Shown: one piece after another, positions 10,298 to 19,931 of the stretch
Numbering within the stretch: position 1 is the stretch's first letter
Layout of the letters: the number at the start of each line of letters is the position of its first letter
The notes under the pieces: generated by a model
Databases searched by the model: none
The model's input: the letters and a program-made list of their open reading frames with translations, nothing else
What the model was told of the DNA's origin: nothing
Made by a program: the position numbers and the translations under genes
Source: Thermoanaerobaculia bacterium
GTDB taxonomy: Bacteria; Acidobacteriota; Thermoanaerobaculia; UBA5066
Direction of reading: 5' to 3'
Length of the DNA stretch: 64,000 nt
NCBI GenBank assembly: GCA_963816185.1
Contig: CAWFJJ010000001.1
Span: 192,001 to 256,000, forward strand

Positions 10298-11494
10298 ATG
10301 CCCTCTCTCCCTTATTCGTTCTCGAACCTGAGCAAGGTCTACCGCCTCTACTCGGCTCCGCGCGACCGCCTTCTCGAAGCGCTGACCGGCCGCCCGCGAC
10401 ACGCCGAGGTCCACGCGCTCTCGGACGTTTCCGGGGGCATCGACCGGGGCGCGGTCCTCGGCGTCATCGGCGAGAACGGCTCGGGCAAGAGCACGCTCTT
10501 CAAGATCCTTGCGGGAACCACGGCCGCGACGTCGGGCAGCGTGAGCCTGCCGGGGCGGGTGGCGTCGATCCTCGAGCTGGGGGGGGCCTTCCATCCGGAG
10601 GACACGGGCCGGCGCAACGTGATCCTGCAGGCCGCCCTCGCGGGGCTCTCGCGCGAGGAGGTCTCCGCGGCTTTGCCGGAGATCGAGGCGTTCGCCGAGC
10701 TCGGCGATTTTTTCAACCGGCCCGTCAAGACGTACTCCTCGGGCATGCAGATGCGGCTCGCGTTCTCGGTCGCGACCGCGGTTCTGCCCGACGTGATCCT
10801 GCTCGACGAAGCGCTCGCCGTGGGCGACGGCCGTTTCCAGAAGAAGTGCGTCGACCGCATTTTCGAGCTCAAGGCCGCGGGCAAGACGATCTTCTTCTGC
10901 AGCCACGCCATGTACTACGTGTCGACGCTGTGCGACCGCGCGCTCTGGCTGAACGCGGGCCGCGTGGAGGCCGCGGGCGACGCGCAGAGCGTCGTTCTGG
11001 AGTATGAGAAGTTCCTCGCGCGGAAGGACGCCGCCGTGCCCCATCAACCCCGCCCGCCCGCGGATTCGCACGGACACATCACGGGCCTTTCCTTCGTCGG
11101 CGCCGACGGGATCGACACGGAAGAATTCCGTCCGAACGAGCCGTGGGTCGCCGAGGTCTCGTTCGAGGGCGACACACCCGAACGGCTCATGCACGTTCAT
11201 CTGGGCGTCGCGACGCTCGATGGTGTCGTGTGCTTTACGGCCGACTCTCGTCTCGATGGCGCGGGACCCTTCGGAGGACGAACCCGGCACCGGATCCGCA
11301 TCGCCCTCGAGAAATTGCCTCTCGGGAAAGGAGAGTTCGTCGCGAACGTCTTCCTTGGCGACGAGAAAGCTCTCGCGCTCTACGACTCGCGGAGCCGCAC
11401 GTTCCGCGTGGAATCCGAGACTTGGCGGAACGGTCTGATGAGCCCGCCGCTCACGTGGAAGACGATTCCCGCGCGGGGCGACGGCCCCGGATGA
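10298..11494 (+). CDS. wzt: Polysaccharide ABC exporter ATP-binding subunit with C-terminal Wzt_C carbohydrate-binding domain
   Basis: Walker A GENGSGKST, signature YSSGMQMRLAFS, LLDEALAVGD; ~150 aa beta-rich C-terminal extension. Confidence 0.93.
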   Translation: MPSLPYSFSNLSKVYRLYSAPRDRLLEALTGRPRHAEVHALSDVSGGIDRGAVLGVIGENGSGKSTLFKILAGTTAATSGSVSLPGRVASILELGGAFHPEDTGRRNVILQAALAGLSREEVSAALPEIEAFAELGDFFNRPVKTYSSGMQMRLAFSVATAVLPDVILLDEALAVGDGRFQKKCVDRIFELKAAGKTIFFCSHAMYYVSTLCDRALWLNAGRVEAAGDAQSVVLEYEKFLARKDAAVPHQPRPPADSHGHITGLSFVGADGIDTEEFRPNEPWVAEVSFEGDTPERLMHVHLGVATLDGVVCFTADSRLDGAGPFGGRTRHRIRIALEKLPLGKGEFVANVFLGDEKALALYDSRSRTFRVESETWRNGLMSPPLTWKTIPARGDGPG

Positions 11495-12498
11495 GGATCG
11501 CGTACATCCTCGAGTCCCTCGAGCTGTCAGGCGGCGTCAAAGTCGTCGTCGCGCACGCCGAAGGACTCGCAGCCCGGGGACACGACGTCTCGATCGTGAC
11601 GAGGGACGCACGGCATGACTGGCTCGAGATCCGGGTGCCGATCGTGGCCGTTCAGCATTTCGGCCCCGAGACGCTGCCCGAAGCCGATGTCCACGTCGCG
11701 ACATGGTTCCCGACGGTCCTCCCCGTCGTCAACGCGCACCGCGCCGCGCAGGTCTTTCATTTCTGCCAGGGCTACGAGGCGCCCCATCCGCACACCGTTC
11801 ACCGGCTTGCGGAGATCGAAGAGGCCTATCGGCAGGGGATTCCGAAGCTGCTCGTCTCAGCGCACCTTCTCCCGCTTCTCGAAGGGCGTTATCCGGGGCC
11901 CTTCCACGTCCTGCCGCAGGCGATTTCGGCGCGGGACTTCGCGCCGCCCGATCCCGAGCGCACCCGGCCGCGGCGCCCCTCGGTCCTCGGCGTCGTCGGC
12001 CCGTTCGAGGCTCCTCTGAAGGGGATCGGCTTCGCGCTCCGTGCGGCCCTCAGGCTCCGCGAGGGAGGCCGCGACGTGCACCTTCACCGTGCGAGCGCCC
12101 TGCCGCTCACCGAGGCCGAGCGGGACCTGTGCGCGCCCGACGCGTATTCCCACGCGCTTCCCGCGGCGGCGATGCCGGCGTGGTACCACGGCCTCGACGT
12201 CCTCCTGTATCCCTCTTTCGACGCCGAGGGCTTCGGGCTTCCGCCGCTCGAGGCGATGGCCTCGGGGGTCCCGGCCGTCATCTCCGACATCCCGTCGCTC
12301 GTCGTCCTGCCGCCTGACGCGGTCTCCCGCGTCTCGGCCGGCGATTTCGCGGCGATGTCGCGGGAGGCAGCCGGCCTCCTCGACGACCCGGCGTTGTGGG
12401 CCGAGCGGCGCGCCCGGGGTCTCGAGGTCGCCCGGACGTTCACGATCGACCGCGTCCTCGACCGGCTCGAGGAAATCTTCTGTCAGAAGACGTCGTGA
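11491..12498 (+). CDS. GT4 glycosyltransferase
   Basis: ATGA overlap with wzt; MRIAYILESLELSGGVKVV, HFCQGYE and EGFGLPPLEAMASG motifs. Confidence 0.9.
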   Translation: MRIAYILESLELSGGVKVVVAHAEGLAARGHDVSIVTRDARHDWLEIRVPIVAVQHFGPETLPEADVHVATWFPTVLPVVNAHRAAQVFHFCQGYEAPHPHTVHRLAEIEEAYRQGIPKLLVSAHLLPLLEGRYPGPFHVLPQAISARDFAPPDPERTRPRRPSVLGVVGPFEAPLKGIGFALRAALRLREGGRDVHLHRASALPLTEAERDLCAPDAYSHALPAAAMPAWYHGLDVLLYPSFDAEGFGLPPLEAMASGVPAVISDIPSLVVLPPDAVSRVSAGDFAAMSREAAGLLDDPALWAERRARGLEVARTFTIDRVLDRLEEIFCQKTS

Positions 12499-13445
12499 TC
12501 GAGAAACCGGTAGTCGAAGGTGGGCGCGGCGCGCACGAGATCGAACGCGGGATGGAACGGGCGCACCGTGAAATGCGTATCGCTGACCGCCGGCGCGAAG
12601 CCCAGCTCGGCCGCGCGGGCGGCGAGACCGCTCTTCGAGCCCGCGCGCAGGACCAGCGTCCGCGCCCCGGTTCCCGCGAGCGCCTCCACGATCGTGTCGA
12701 GAAGGTCCGCCACGGCGCCGCCATCTTCGTCCGCGGCCTGAAGATCGACGAGGAGGGCGCGGTCGGCGACGGTCCGAAGGGCGGCGTACGCCGTCGAATG
12801 GCCCCGCCCGTCGAGGAGCTCGTGAACGTCGTACGAGACGCCCGGGCGCGCGAAGCGCCAGTCGAGCGTGGAGCGCGAGCGGTCGGTGCGCCAGCCTGCT
12901 CGGGCGTGGAGCTCCTCGGCGAGCGCGTCATGAGCCTTCGAGACGACCGGGCCGCGGCGATGCCGCAGCCGGCGCCGCCTCAGGCGCGCGAGGAAGCCGG
13001 AGCTGCCGATGGCGCGCGTCCATTCCGCAGCAGGCTCGACAGAGATGTATTCGAGCATCCGCTCGCCCGCGAGGAGGTGCCGGTCGTTCGGGAACCCGAG
13101 GACGAACGGGGCACCCGCCGCGCCGTTCCGGTCGAAGAACTCCAGGGCGACGCGCTGAAAAAGCACGCGGCGTCCGAGCGCGCGGGACGACGGCGCGGTC
13201 ATCACGTCTACCGCGGAGAGCCCGGGGAGATTGCCCTCGCGTCCGCGGTAGCGCGTCCCGAGGCCTCCGAAGAACCCGACCGCTTTCTCTCCGTCGAATG
13301 CGCCGACGGACACCGCAGAGTGCGGGCAGCGGTCGTATTTCCACGCCCAGTCTTCCGGCGAGGCCTCGGCCCCGAACGCCGCGCGAAAGAGCTCGAGAAG
13401 AGCCGGCCGGTCGGCGGGCGTCGCAGGTCGCACCTTGACGTGCAT
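12483..13445 (-). CDS. GNAT-fold acyl/aminoacyl transferase
   Basis: VRPATPADRPALLELFRAAFG, WAWKY, DVMTAPSSR and LGFPN motifs as in tandem-GNAT proteins of glycan clusters. Confidence 0.75.
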   Translation of the reverse strand: MHVKVRPATPADRPALLELFRAAFGAEASPEDWAWKYDRCPHSAVSVGAFDGEKAVGFFGGLGTRYRGREGNLPGLSAVDVMTAPSSRALGRRVLFQRVALEFFDRNGAAGAPFVLGFPNDRHLLAGERMLEYISVEPAAEWTRAIGSSGFLARLRRRRLRHRRGPVVSKAHDALAEELHARAGWRTDRSRSTLDWRFARPGVSYDVHELLDGRGHSTAYAALRTVADRALLVDLQAADEDGGAVADLLDTIVEALAGTGARTLVLRAGSKSGLAARAAELGFAPAVSDTHFTVRPFHPAFDLVRAAPTFDYRFLDHDVF

Positions 13446-13462
13446 CGGCCCGAAAATACCTC

Positions 13463-14524
13463 ATGCCCCTGATTTCCGCCGTCCTCGTGAGCTATCGGTC
13501 CGCGGGCCTGGCCGTGCGCGCGATCGAGAGCCTGCGCAGTGACGCGGCGAAAGCGAACCTCGCGCTCGAGACGATCGCCGTCGTGAACTCGGGCGACCCG
13601 GAGGAAGCGCGCGCTCTCGCCTCGGCCGCCGATCGCGTCGTCGATCCCGGCCGCAACCTCGGCTTCGCGGGCGGCCTCAACGCCGGGATCTCTGTCGCGC
13701 GCGGGGAGATCCTCGTCCTCGCGAATCCCGACGTCGTCGTCGGCGCGGGGACGCTCGAGGCGCTCTCGGCCGAGGTGCTCGGCTCCTTCGTCGCGGCGGG
13801 TCCGGCGCTCTTCCTCGACGAAGCCGAGACGCTCCACCTGCCGCCCGCCGAGGAGCCGCACCCGTTCGAGCTCGCGCGCCGCCGGCTCCGAGGAGCCGAC
13901 TGTCAGGCAGCGTTCCGGCGGCGGTACCGGCGCGCACGGGGCGCGGCCGAAGCGGCGGAGAGAAACGAGACTCGCCTCACGACGGCCCTTTCGGGGGCGT
14001 TCATCGCGGTGTCTCGGCGGACGCTCGAGCGCGTCGGTGCTTTCGATGAGGGCTACGCACTCTACTTCGAGGAGAACGACTGGCAGCGGCGCCTGAGGAA
14101 GACCGGAGGCCGGCTGTCGCGCGTCGGCGCCGCGCGCGTCGTCCATCGGTACAACCAGAGCGCCCGGCTCGAGCCGCGCGCCGCAGCCTGGTTCGCGGCG
14201 TCCGAACGCCGCTATTTCGAGACGTATTTCGGCGTGCGGGGCTCACGCGCGCTCGACGCTCTCGCGGCCACGCCGTCGCGGGCTGCTGACGCTCCCGTTC
14301 CGGCGCCTCTCGCGAACGGCATCCTTCTCTTCGACGCGCCGTCCGCCGCCATCGCGCTTTCGCCGGTATCGGACTTCGGTGCGTTCGCGCTCGATCCGTG
14401 CGCCTCGGGCGGCTCCTGGCGTCCGCCGGAAAACGTCAGGCGAGGCTTCGGCGGCGCCACGTGGTTCGTGCGGGCCGTGGACCTCGAGACGGGCCGCATC
14501 CTGTCCGAAGGTACTCTCTCCTGA
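13463..14524 (+). CDS. GT2 glycosyltransferase (WbbL/rhamnosyltransferase-like)
   Basis: ISAVLVSY, NLGFAGGLN, LANPDV and GAFDEGYALYFEENDW motifs. Confidence 0.88.
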   Translation: MPLISAVLVSYRSAGLAVRAIESLRSDAAKANLALETIAVVNSGDPEEARALASAADRVVDPGRNLGFAGGLNAGISVARGEILVLANPDVVVGAGTLEALSAEVLGSFVAAGPALFLDEAETLHLPPAEEPHPFELARRRLRGADCQAAFRRRYRRARGAAEAAERNETRLTTALSGAFIAVSRRTLERVGAFDEGYALYFEENDWQRRLRKTGGRLSRVGAARVVHRYNQSARLEPRAAAWFAASERRYFETYFGVRGSRALDALAATPSRAADAPVPAPLANGILLFDAPSAAIALSPVSDFGAFALDPCASGGSWRPPENVRRGFGGATWFVRAVDLETGRILSEGTLS

Positions 14525-14557
14525 TGCTCCGGCGCTTCTCGAGCGGTGAAGGGGGAA

Positions 14558-14583
14558 GGGGGAAACACGTCCGTGTTTCCCCC
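14558..14583. repeat. Perfect 12 bp inverted repeat between convergent genes (bidirectional terminator or REP-like element)
   Basis: GGGGGAAACACG-TC-CGTGTTTCCCCC with no clear U-tract. Confidence 0.65.
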
Positions 14584-14597
14584 ATCACTCACAGCTG

Positions 14598-16610
14598 CTA
14601 GCGCGCCCTTCCTAGGCGCGTGCGAAGCACGCGGCGCGCTAGCTGGGCGGCCTTCCAGACCCTCGAGCCGGCGATCGCGCTCAGCGTCTTTCCGAGCTCG
14701 TGTCGCTCGGCCACGAGGCTCGTGCGCGTGCGGTGCTCGAAGGCGAGGAGCTCGAGCGCGGCACGCTCGCCCGGCGACACCTCCCGCGCAGGAGGGAGCC
14801 GGTCCATGAACGCGCGGAAACGCGTGGCCGTGAGCTTCCATGTGAAGCGCCGAGCCGTCTCGACGCCCTTTGCCGCGAGTCGCTCTCGGAGCGCCGGATC
14901 GTCGAGCAGCCGCCGGATGCCCGCCTCGAGCGCCTTTGAATCCCGCGGGGGCACGACGAGCGCGTTGACTCCGTCGATCGCGTATTCGGCGGCGCCGCCG
15001 GAGTCTGTCAGGACGCACGCGGCCCCGCTCGCCATGCCCTCGAGCCCGATGAGGCCGAAGCCCTGGAAGAGAGAGGGATCGATCACGATGTGTACCGTCG
15101 AGAGGAGGTTCGGCACCGCGTCCCGCTGTATCGTGCCGAGATGCGTGTGCCGGAAGCGGGGCGCGTCGGCCGGCACCGTCGCGTGCCCGAAGAGGACGAT
15201 GTCGACGCCGGGCCGGTTCGCGATCTCGGCGAGCGCGGGAAGAAGGAACTTCATCCCACGCCGCTCGTCCTGCCGCAACATCGCGGTGATGCGGATCGGG
15301 GGGCCCGCCTGCCTGTCCCCCCGCGGGTAGTACACGTCGGGATCCGCGCTGATCGGGATGGGAGTCGCCACGTGTCCGTCGCGCGTCTCGATCTCGCGGG
15401 CGAGCCAGGTCGAGATCGTGACGATGCGGGGTATGAGGTCGTACGTTCGCGCGACGTACTCGGGCGAGTCGAAGCCGAACCAGCCTTCGTAATCCTGGAC
15501 GAAGTAGGCCGTCTGGATTCCGCGGGATGCCGCGGCGGCAGCCACGTGGGCTGCGGTCTGGTATCCCGTGGCGACGAGCAGCTTCGCGGGCGGGCAGCGT
15601 TCGAGGAATTCCGCCGCCGAGAGCCGAAGCGGCCGGAAGAAGAGCTCCATCTCGATTTCCGGCGGCACGGTCTCGAAGACGACGACGCCGGCGCGCACGC
15701 CCTGGAGCACGAGCGCGTTCGCGAGCTCGAGGACGTCCGCCACGCCCCCGTAGATCCCGAGGAGCGGCAGGACGAAGAGGACGTCGTAAGGAGCCGCCGG
15801 CTCGGAATCGGGCAGCGTCCACTCGAACGTCACGGCGTCGCGCACGGCGCCGAGCTCGTTCCTGCCGTTGAACTCGGCGAGCTCCTTCTCGTGCCGTTCA
15901 CGCCAGCGGGACATCAGGATCCTGAGGTTCGCAGCGATCCGCACATCGGAATCGGGAAAGCTCGCGCCTTGGCGGTGGTGAATCCACGTGTCGTCGGCGA
16001 CGACGCAGCGCCAGCCCGCCGCGCGCGCCCGGTAATGGAGGTCGGTCTCCTCGCAGTAGCCGCGTCCGAAGACCTCGTCGAAAACCCCGAGCGTGCGGAT
16101 GACCTCGCGCCGCACGAGAAGGCAGTGGCCGACGATCGTCGTCGCATCGGGGTACCGCGCGGGGCTGGTCCGCGCGACGCGGCGGGCGAACGAGAAGACG
16201 TTCTCGCCGGGAGGGAGCTTCACCGAGAGGTTCACGGCGCTGCCCGAGAGGGGGCAGCAGAGGCCGATCGCGGGATCCCCTTCGCAACGCGCCACCATCC
16301 GCTCGAGAGCGCCCTCCGTGAGAAGGGTGTCGGAATTCAGGAGGCAGACCCACGGCGCGTCGGAGAACAGGAGCCCGCGGTTCGCGGTCTTCACGAAGCC
16401 GAGATTCACCTCGTTTTCGAGGAGGACGATCCCTTCCTGCGCCCTCAGGAACTGCGTGGTCCGGTCGTTGCTCCCGTCGTTGACGACGACGACGCGCGCC
16501 CAGGAAGGGGCGAAGCGGCGCACGCTCTCGAGGCAGTCGCGTGTCGAGCGGAGCGCGTTGTAGACCGGGATGACGAGGTCGCAGCGCACTCCCGCGGTTG
16601 GAACCGTCAT
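14598..16610 (-). CDS. Bifunctional GT2 + WsaF-like GT4 glycosyltransferase
   Basis: N-terminal DLVIPVYN, NDGS, NLGFVKTAN, LLNSDT, GYCEETD; C-terminal YFVQDYE and QGFGLIGLEGMASG. Start placed at ATG 16610, which overlaps the upstream stop. Confidence 0.9.
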   Translation of the reverse strand: MTVPTAGVRCDLVIPVYNALRSTRDCLESVRRFAPSWARVVVVNDGSNDRTTQFLRAQEGIVLLENEVNLGFVKTANRGLLFSDAPWVCLLNSDTLLTEGALERMVARCEGDPAIGLCCPLSGSAVNLSVKLPPGENVFSFARRVARTSPARYPDATTIVGHCLLVRREVIRTLGVFDEVFGRGYCEETDLHYRARAAGWRCVVADDTWIHHRQGASFPDSDVRIAANLRILMSRWRERHEKELAEFNGRNELGAVRDAVTFEWTLPDSEPAAPYDVLFVLPLLGIYGGVADVLELANALVLQGVRAGVVVFETVPPEIEMELFFRPLRLSAAEFLERCPPAKLLVATGYQTAAHVAAAAASRGIQTAYFVQDYEGWFGFDSPEYVARTYDLIPRIVTISTWLAREIETRDGHVATPIPISADPDVYYPRGDRQAGPPIRITAMLRQDERRGMKFLLPALAEIANRPGVDIVLFGHATVPADAPRFRHTHLGTIQRDAVPNLLSTVHIVIDPSLFQGFGLIGLEGMASGAACVLTDSGGAAEYAIDGVNALVVPPRDSKALEAGIRRLLDDPALRERLAAKGVETARRFTWKLTATRFRAFMDRLPPAREVSPGERAALELLAFEHRTRTSLVAERHELGKTLSAIAGSRVWKAAQLARRVLRTRLGRAR

Positions 16611-17632
16611 CGCTTCAGGAGCTCCTTGAGCTTCCACCACGGTGTGAAGAGACGCCACGCGAGAGAGCTGTTCATGGCATCGACGGTCGCGCGAAGTCGG
16701 ACGTTCTCGACGGCGAGCGCCTGCTCACGCGTCGCGGACTCTTCGCTCTGGCGCGCGGTGTGATCCCGTGTCGCACGCAGCTCGGCTTCGCGGGCGGCGG
16801 CCGCGGCGAGGGCCGCCCGGTCCGCCTCACTCCGCGCGCGGGCCTCTCCGGCTTCGCTCTCGAGGCTGTCGATGACGGCCATCTCGGTCGAAACCGACCG
16901 CCGAGCCGCATGTTTCTCGAAGAGGCGGCGGCGAGCCGTCTGCGCTTCCGCCGAGTGCCACGGAAAGGCGGCCGTGATGTTCGACGCGTCGTTACGGACC
17001 CGGTAGACGGCGGTGACGGAAGGCAGATGATGGAACCGCGTCCGCGCGGAGAGGCGGATGAGGAAATCCCAGTCCTCGAACTCGTCGAAGGTCTCGTCGA
17101 AGCCGCCGATCTCTTCCGCGAGTGCGCGGCGATGCGCGAGGCCGATGAGGGGAATGTCATTCTTGTAGAGGAGACGCGCGGCATCGAACGGCCTCCCGTA
17201 GACCGTGATCTCGCGCCCGCCGCGGTAACGACCGTCGTCGCCGAGCACCTGCTCGATCTGGCGGACGGACGTGTAGGCGGCGCGGTACTCGTCGCTGCCG
17301 TCGAGAAAACGCACCAGCGTGTCGAGATGAGCGGGCAGGTAGAGGTCGTCGTCGTCGAGATACGCCACGTACGTGCCGCGCGCGGCCGCGAGGCCGGCGT
17401 TCAGGGACCGCGTTCTCCCGCCCGGTGGAGGCGGAACGAGCACCTGGATGGCACGGCCCGGCGCAGGGTCGAGAAGTCCGGCCGGAAGGAGGCCGCCGTC
17501 GTTCACGAGAACGGTCTCGAAGTCGGAGAACGTCTGGGCGCGAAGGCTGTCGAGGGCCTCGGCGAGGAGGCTCGGCCGGTCCTTCGTCCGGAGCAGCACG
17601 GAAACGCGCGGCGCGCTTGCCTGATCGACCAC
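16607..17632 (-). CDS. GT2 glycosyltransferase with C-terminal coiled coil
   Basis: VSVLLRTKDRP, AYLDDDD, GGFDETFDEFEDWDF; E/A/R-rich coil ending SSLAWRLFTPWWK. Start taken as GTG 17632. Confidence 0.88.
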   Translation of the reverse strand: MVDQASAPRVSVLLRTKDRPSLLAEALDSLRAQTFSDFETVLVNDGGLLPAGLLDPAPGRAIQVLVPPPPGGRTRSLNAGLAAARGTYVAYLDDDDLYLPAHLDTLVRFLDGSDEYRAAYTSVRQIEQVLGDDGRYRGGREITVYGRPFDAARLLYKNDIPLIGLAHRRALAEEIGGFDETFDEFEDWDFLIRLSARTRFHHLPSVTAVYRVRNDASNITAAFPWHSAEAQTARRRLFEKHAARRSVSTEMAVIDSLESEAGEARARSEADRAALAAAAAREAELRATRDHTARQSEESATREQALAVENVRLRATVDAMNSSLAWRLFTPWWKLKELLKR

Positions 17633-17664
17633 TGAACTGATTGTAGGCGGTAAGCTTCCCCGAG

Positions 17665-18447
17665 ATGCCGTCCCCTGATTTTCCGGACGAGCGCGAACTC
17701 GTGCCTTACGAGGCGTCGACGTTCTTCGCGAGTCGCGTCGTCGTATTCGCCCCGCATCCGGACGACGAGGTCCTCGGCTGCGGCGGGGCGCTCGCGGACC
17801 TCCTCGACCGCGGGGCCCGCCTCGACGTCGTCCTCGTGACGGATGGCGCGGCGGGGGCGCGCGACGCCGAAGAGCGTGGGCGCATCGCGAAAACGCGGAT
17901 GGAGGAATCGCGCCGGGCTCTCGACGCGCTCGGCGGCGGGGCGTTGCATGCTGGCGGCTTTCCCGATCGCGGCCTCGCGGACCGGCTCGACGACGTCGAG
18001 GCGCTGCTCGAGAGATGGCTGCTCGAAGCGTCGCCCGACCTCGTTTTCGCGCCGTCGCCGGTCGAAACGCATCCCGATCATCGCGCGGTCGCTGCCTCTC
18101 TCCTCCGGCTGGCGGCGCGTCCCGCCGGCGATGCAGCGGCCCGGGCGCTGGAGGGGACGATCGTGGCGTTCTTCGAGCTCTCCCAGCCCTTCCGTCCCAA
18201 CTTTCTCTTCGACGCCACTCGCGTCGCCGACCGCAAGGAGCGGGCGATGGCCGCGTTCTTTTCCCAGGCTGCCGAGCGAGACTACGCGGGGTTCGCAAGG
18301 GGTCTCAACGCCTACCGCCGGATGACGCTTTCCGCGGACGTCGCCTCCGTCGAGGCGTACTCCGTGGCAGCCGGTTCCCGGCTTCGTCGCGACCCGGAAG
18401 GGGTCGTCCGGGCGCTCCTTCCCGTCGCGGCGGCAGGGAAGAGATAA
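17665..18447 (+). CDS. PIG-L/LmbE family N-acetylhexosamine deacetylase
   Basis: APHPDDEVLGCGG, VTDG and HPDH motifs. Confidence 0.92.
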   Translation: MPSPDFPDERELVPYEASTFFASRVVVFAPHPDDEVLGCGGALADLLDRGARLDVVLVTDGAAGARDAEERGRIAKTRMEESRRALDALGGGALHAGGFPDRGLADRLDDVEALLERWLLEASPDLVFAPSPVETHPDHRAVAASLLRLAARPAGDAAARALEGTIVAFFELSQPFRPNFLFDATRVADRKERAMAAFFSQAAERDYAGFARGLNAYRRMTLSADVASVEAYSVAAGSRLRRDPEGVVRALLPVAAAGKR

Positions 18448-18485
18448 TGGCGTCCGGGACAGGGGACATTCGGTCCGAACGCGGC

Positions 18486-18501
18486 GGGCAGGGCCTTTGC
18501 A
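18486..18501 (+). promoter_or_regulatory. Candidate sigma54 -24/-12 promoter
   Basis: GGGCAGGGCCTTTGCA: GG-N10-GC with TTTGCA at -12, about 48 nt before ATG 18549. Confidence 0.4.
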
Positions 18502-18548
18502 TTTCCGCCAAGGGGACGTGGATTGAAACCTCGTCCGGGAGCCCCAAA

Positions 18549-19652
18549 ATGGTCACTTCCTCTTCAGATCGAATCCGTCCGGCCCTCGTCGCCTGTGCCG
18601 CGCTCTGCGCGGCCCTTCTCGTGTTCCCCCGGGCTGCCAACGCCGCTGGACAGAGCGGCGGGCACGGAGGAGGTGGCGGAAGTCACTCCGGAGTAAGTCA
18701 CTCCGGCGGGGGCCATGTGAGCAGCTCTCACTCCTCGGGCCGCACGACCGCCGCGTTCCACGGCGGCAGCCGCGGCGGATTCCATGGTGGGTTCCATGGC
18801 CGCGGTTTCCGCCACTTCCGCGGGGGCTTCTCTCCGTGGTGGGGCTGGGGTTGGGGTTGGGGCGGGTGGCCGTATGACTGGTGGTGGGGCGGCCCGAGCG
18901 TCTATGTCGTCACGGGCGATGAAGACGGCTATGTGGACGTCGCCGCGCGCACCGGTCGATACGCGATCGTGAAGACCGACGTCTCGCCCGAAGAGGCGCA
19001 GCTCTACCTCGACGGCAAGTACATCGGCTCCGCCGACGACTTCGACGGAATGCCCGGCTACCTCTATCTCGGCCCCGGGAAATACCACCTCGAGTTCCGT
19101 CTGCCGAATTACACGACCTTCGCCACGGATCTCGACGTGACGCCGGGCCAGCGCGTGCGCCTCGACCAGAAGCTGAAGCTCGCGCCGGGCAAGAGCGCCC
19201 TCGACCAGTTCCCGCCCGAATCGAAGGGCACGCCTCTCGGCCGCGTCTTCGCAAAGGGCGCCGACGGGGCCGCTGAAGCGGCCCCGCCTCCGGGGCCTCA
19301 GGGGCCGCGGTACGGGACTCGCCGCGACGACGGATGGAGCGACCGCGACACCCCGCCTCAGGGCGAGGGAATGTCCGAGGAGCAGATGGACGCCCGGCCC
19401 GAGCCCCTGCCGCGGCGGGCCGCAAACCGCGCGCGCATGAGATTCAAGGTCACGCCCGAGGACGCCGCCGTCTACGTCGACGACAAATACCTCGGCGCGG
19501 GCGAAGATCTCGAGGCCAACCCGCGGGGCGTCGTCACGGATCCCGGCAAGCACACGATCACCGTCACGCGTCCCGGTTACAAGACGAAGACCGTCGACAT
19601 CACCGTCCGCATCGGCGCCCCGGTGGACGTCGTCGTGGAGCTCGAGAAGTAA
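18549..19652 (+). CDS. Secreted PEGA-domain protein with Gly/His/Trp-rich N-terminal region
   Basis: Signal peptide; two PEGA repeats (VSPEEAQLYLDGKYIG...PGKYHLEF and VTPEDAAVYVDDKYLG...PGKHTITVTRPGY). Confidence 0.85.
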   Translation: MVTSSSDRIRPALVACAALCAALLVFPRAANAAGQSGGHGGGGGSHSGVSHSGGGHVSSSHSSGRTTAAFHGGSRGGFHGGFHGRGFRHFRGGFSPWWGWGWGWGGWPYDWWWGGPSVYVVTGDEDGYVDVAARTGRYAIVKTDVSPEEAQLYLDGKYIGSADDFDGMPGYLYLGPGKYHLEFRLPNYTTFATDLDVTPGQRVRLDQKLKLAPGKSALDQFPPESKGTPLGRVFAKGADGAAEAAPPPGPQGPRYGTRRDDGWSDRDTPPQGEGMSEEQMDARPEPLPRRAANRARMRFKVTPEDAAVYVDDKYLGAGEDLEANPRGVVTDPGKHTITVTRPGYKTKTVDITVRIGAPVDVVVELEK

Positions 19653-19679
19653 GACATCCCCGCGAATGCGGCGAAGAAG

Positions 19680-19706
19680 AGGGCCCGGGAAACCGGGCCC
19701 TTTTTG
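19680..19706 (+). terminator. Rho-independent terminator
   Basis: AGGGCCCGG-GAAA-CCGGGCCCT followed by TTTT. Confidence 0.9.
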
Positions 19707-19768
19707 TTGTCTGCAAGACCGAGTCGAGTACCCGGGTGATGCATCTGCATGTTCCGCGTGGCTTCTTT

Positions 19769-19783
19769 CGGCCCACAACTTGC
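19769..19783 (+). promoter_or_regulatory. Candidate sigma54 -24/-12 promoter
   Basis: CGGCCCACAACTTGC (GG-N10-GC, TTGC at -12) in the intergenic region upstream of 19932. Confidence 0.3.
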
Positions 19784-19931
19784 GATGCACTCTGCAAACG
19801 TCGTTTTTGACGCGATTATGCCGATTTTTGTCTTCCCTCGTTGATGGTCGACGCCGCGAATTCGTCGCGGTGATCCGACTGGAAGAAGCCCTCGCCTGTC
19901 GAGGGCGGTTGCCACAGGAAGGACGTCAGTC

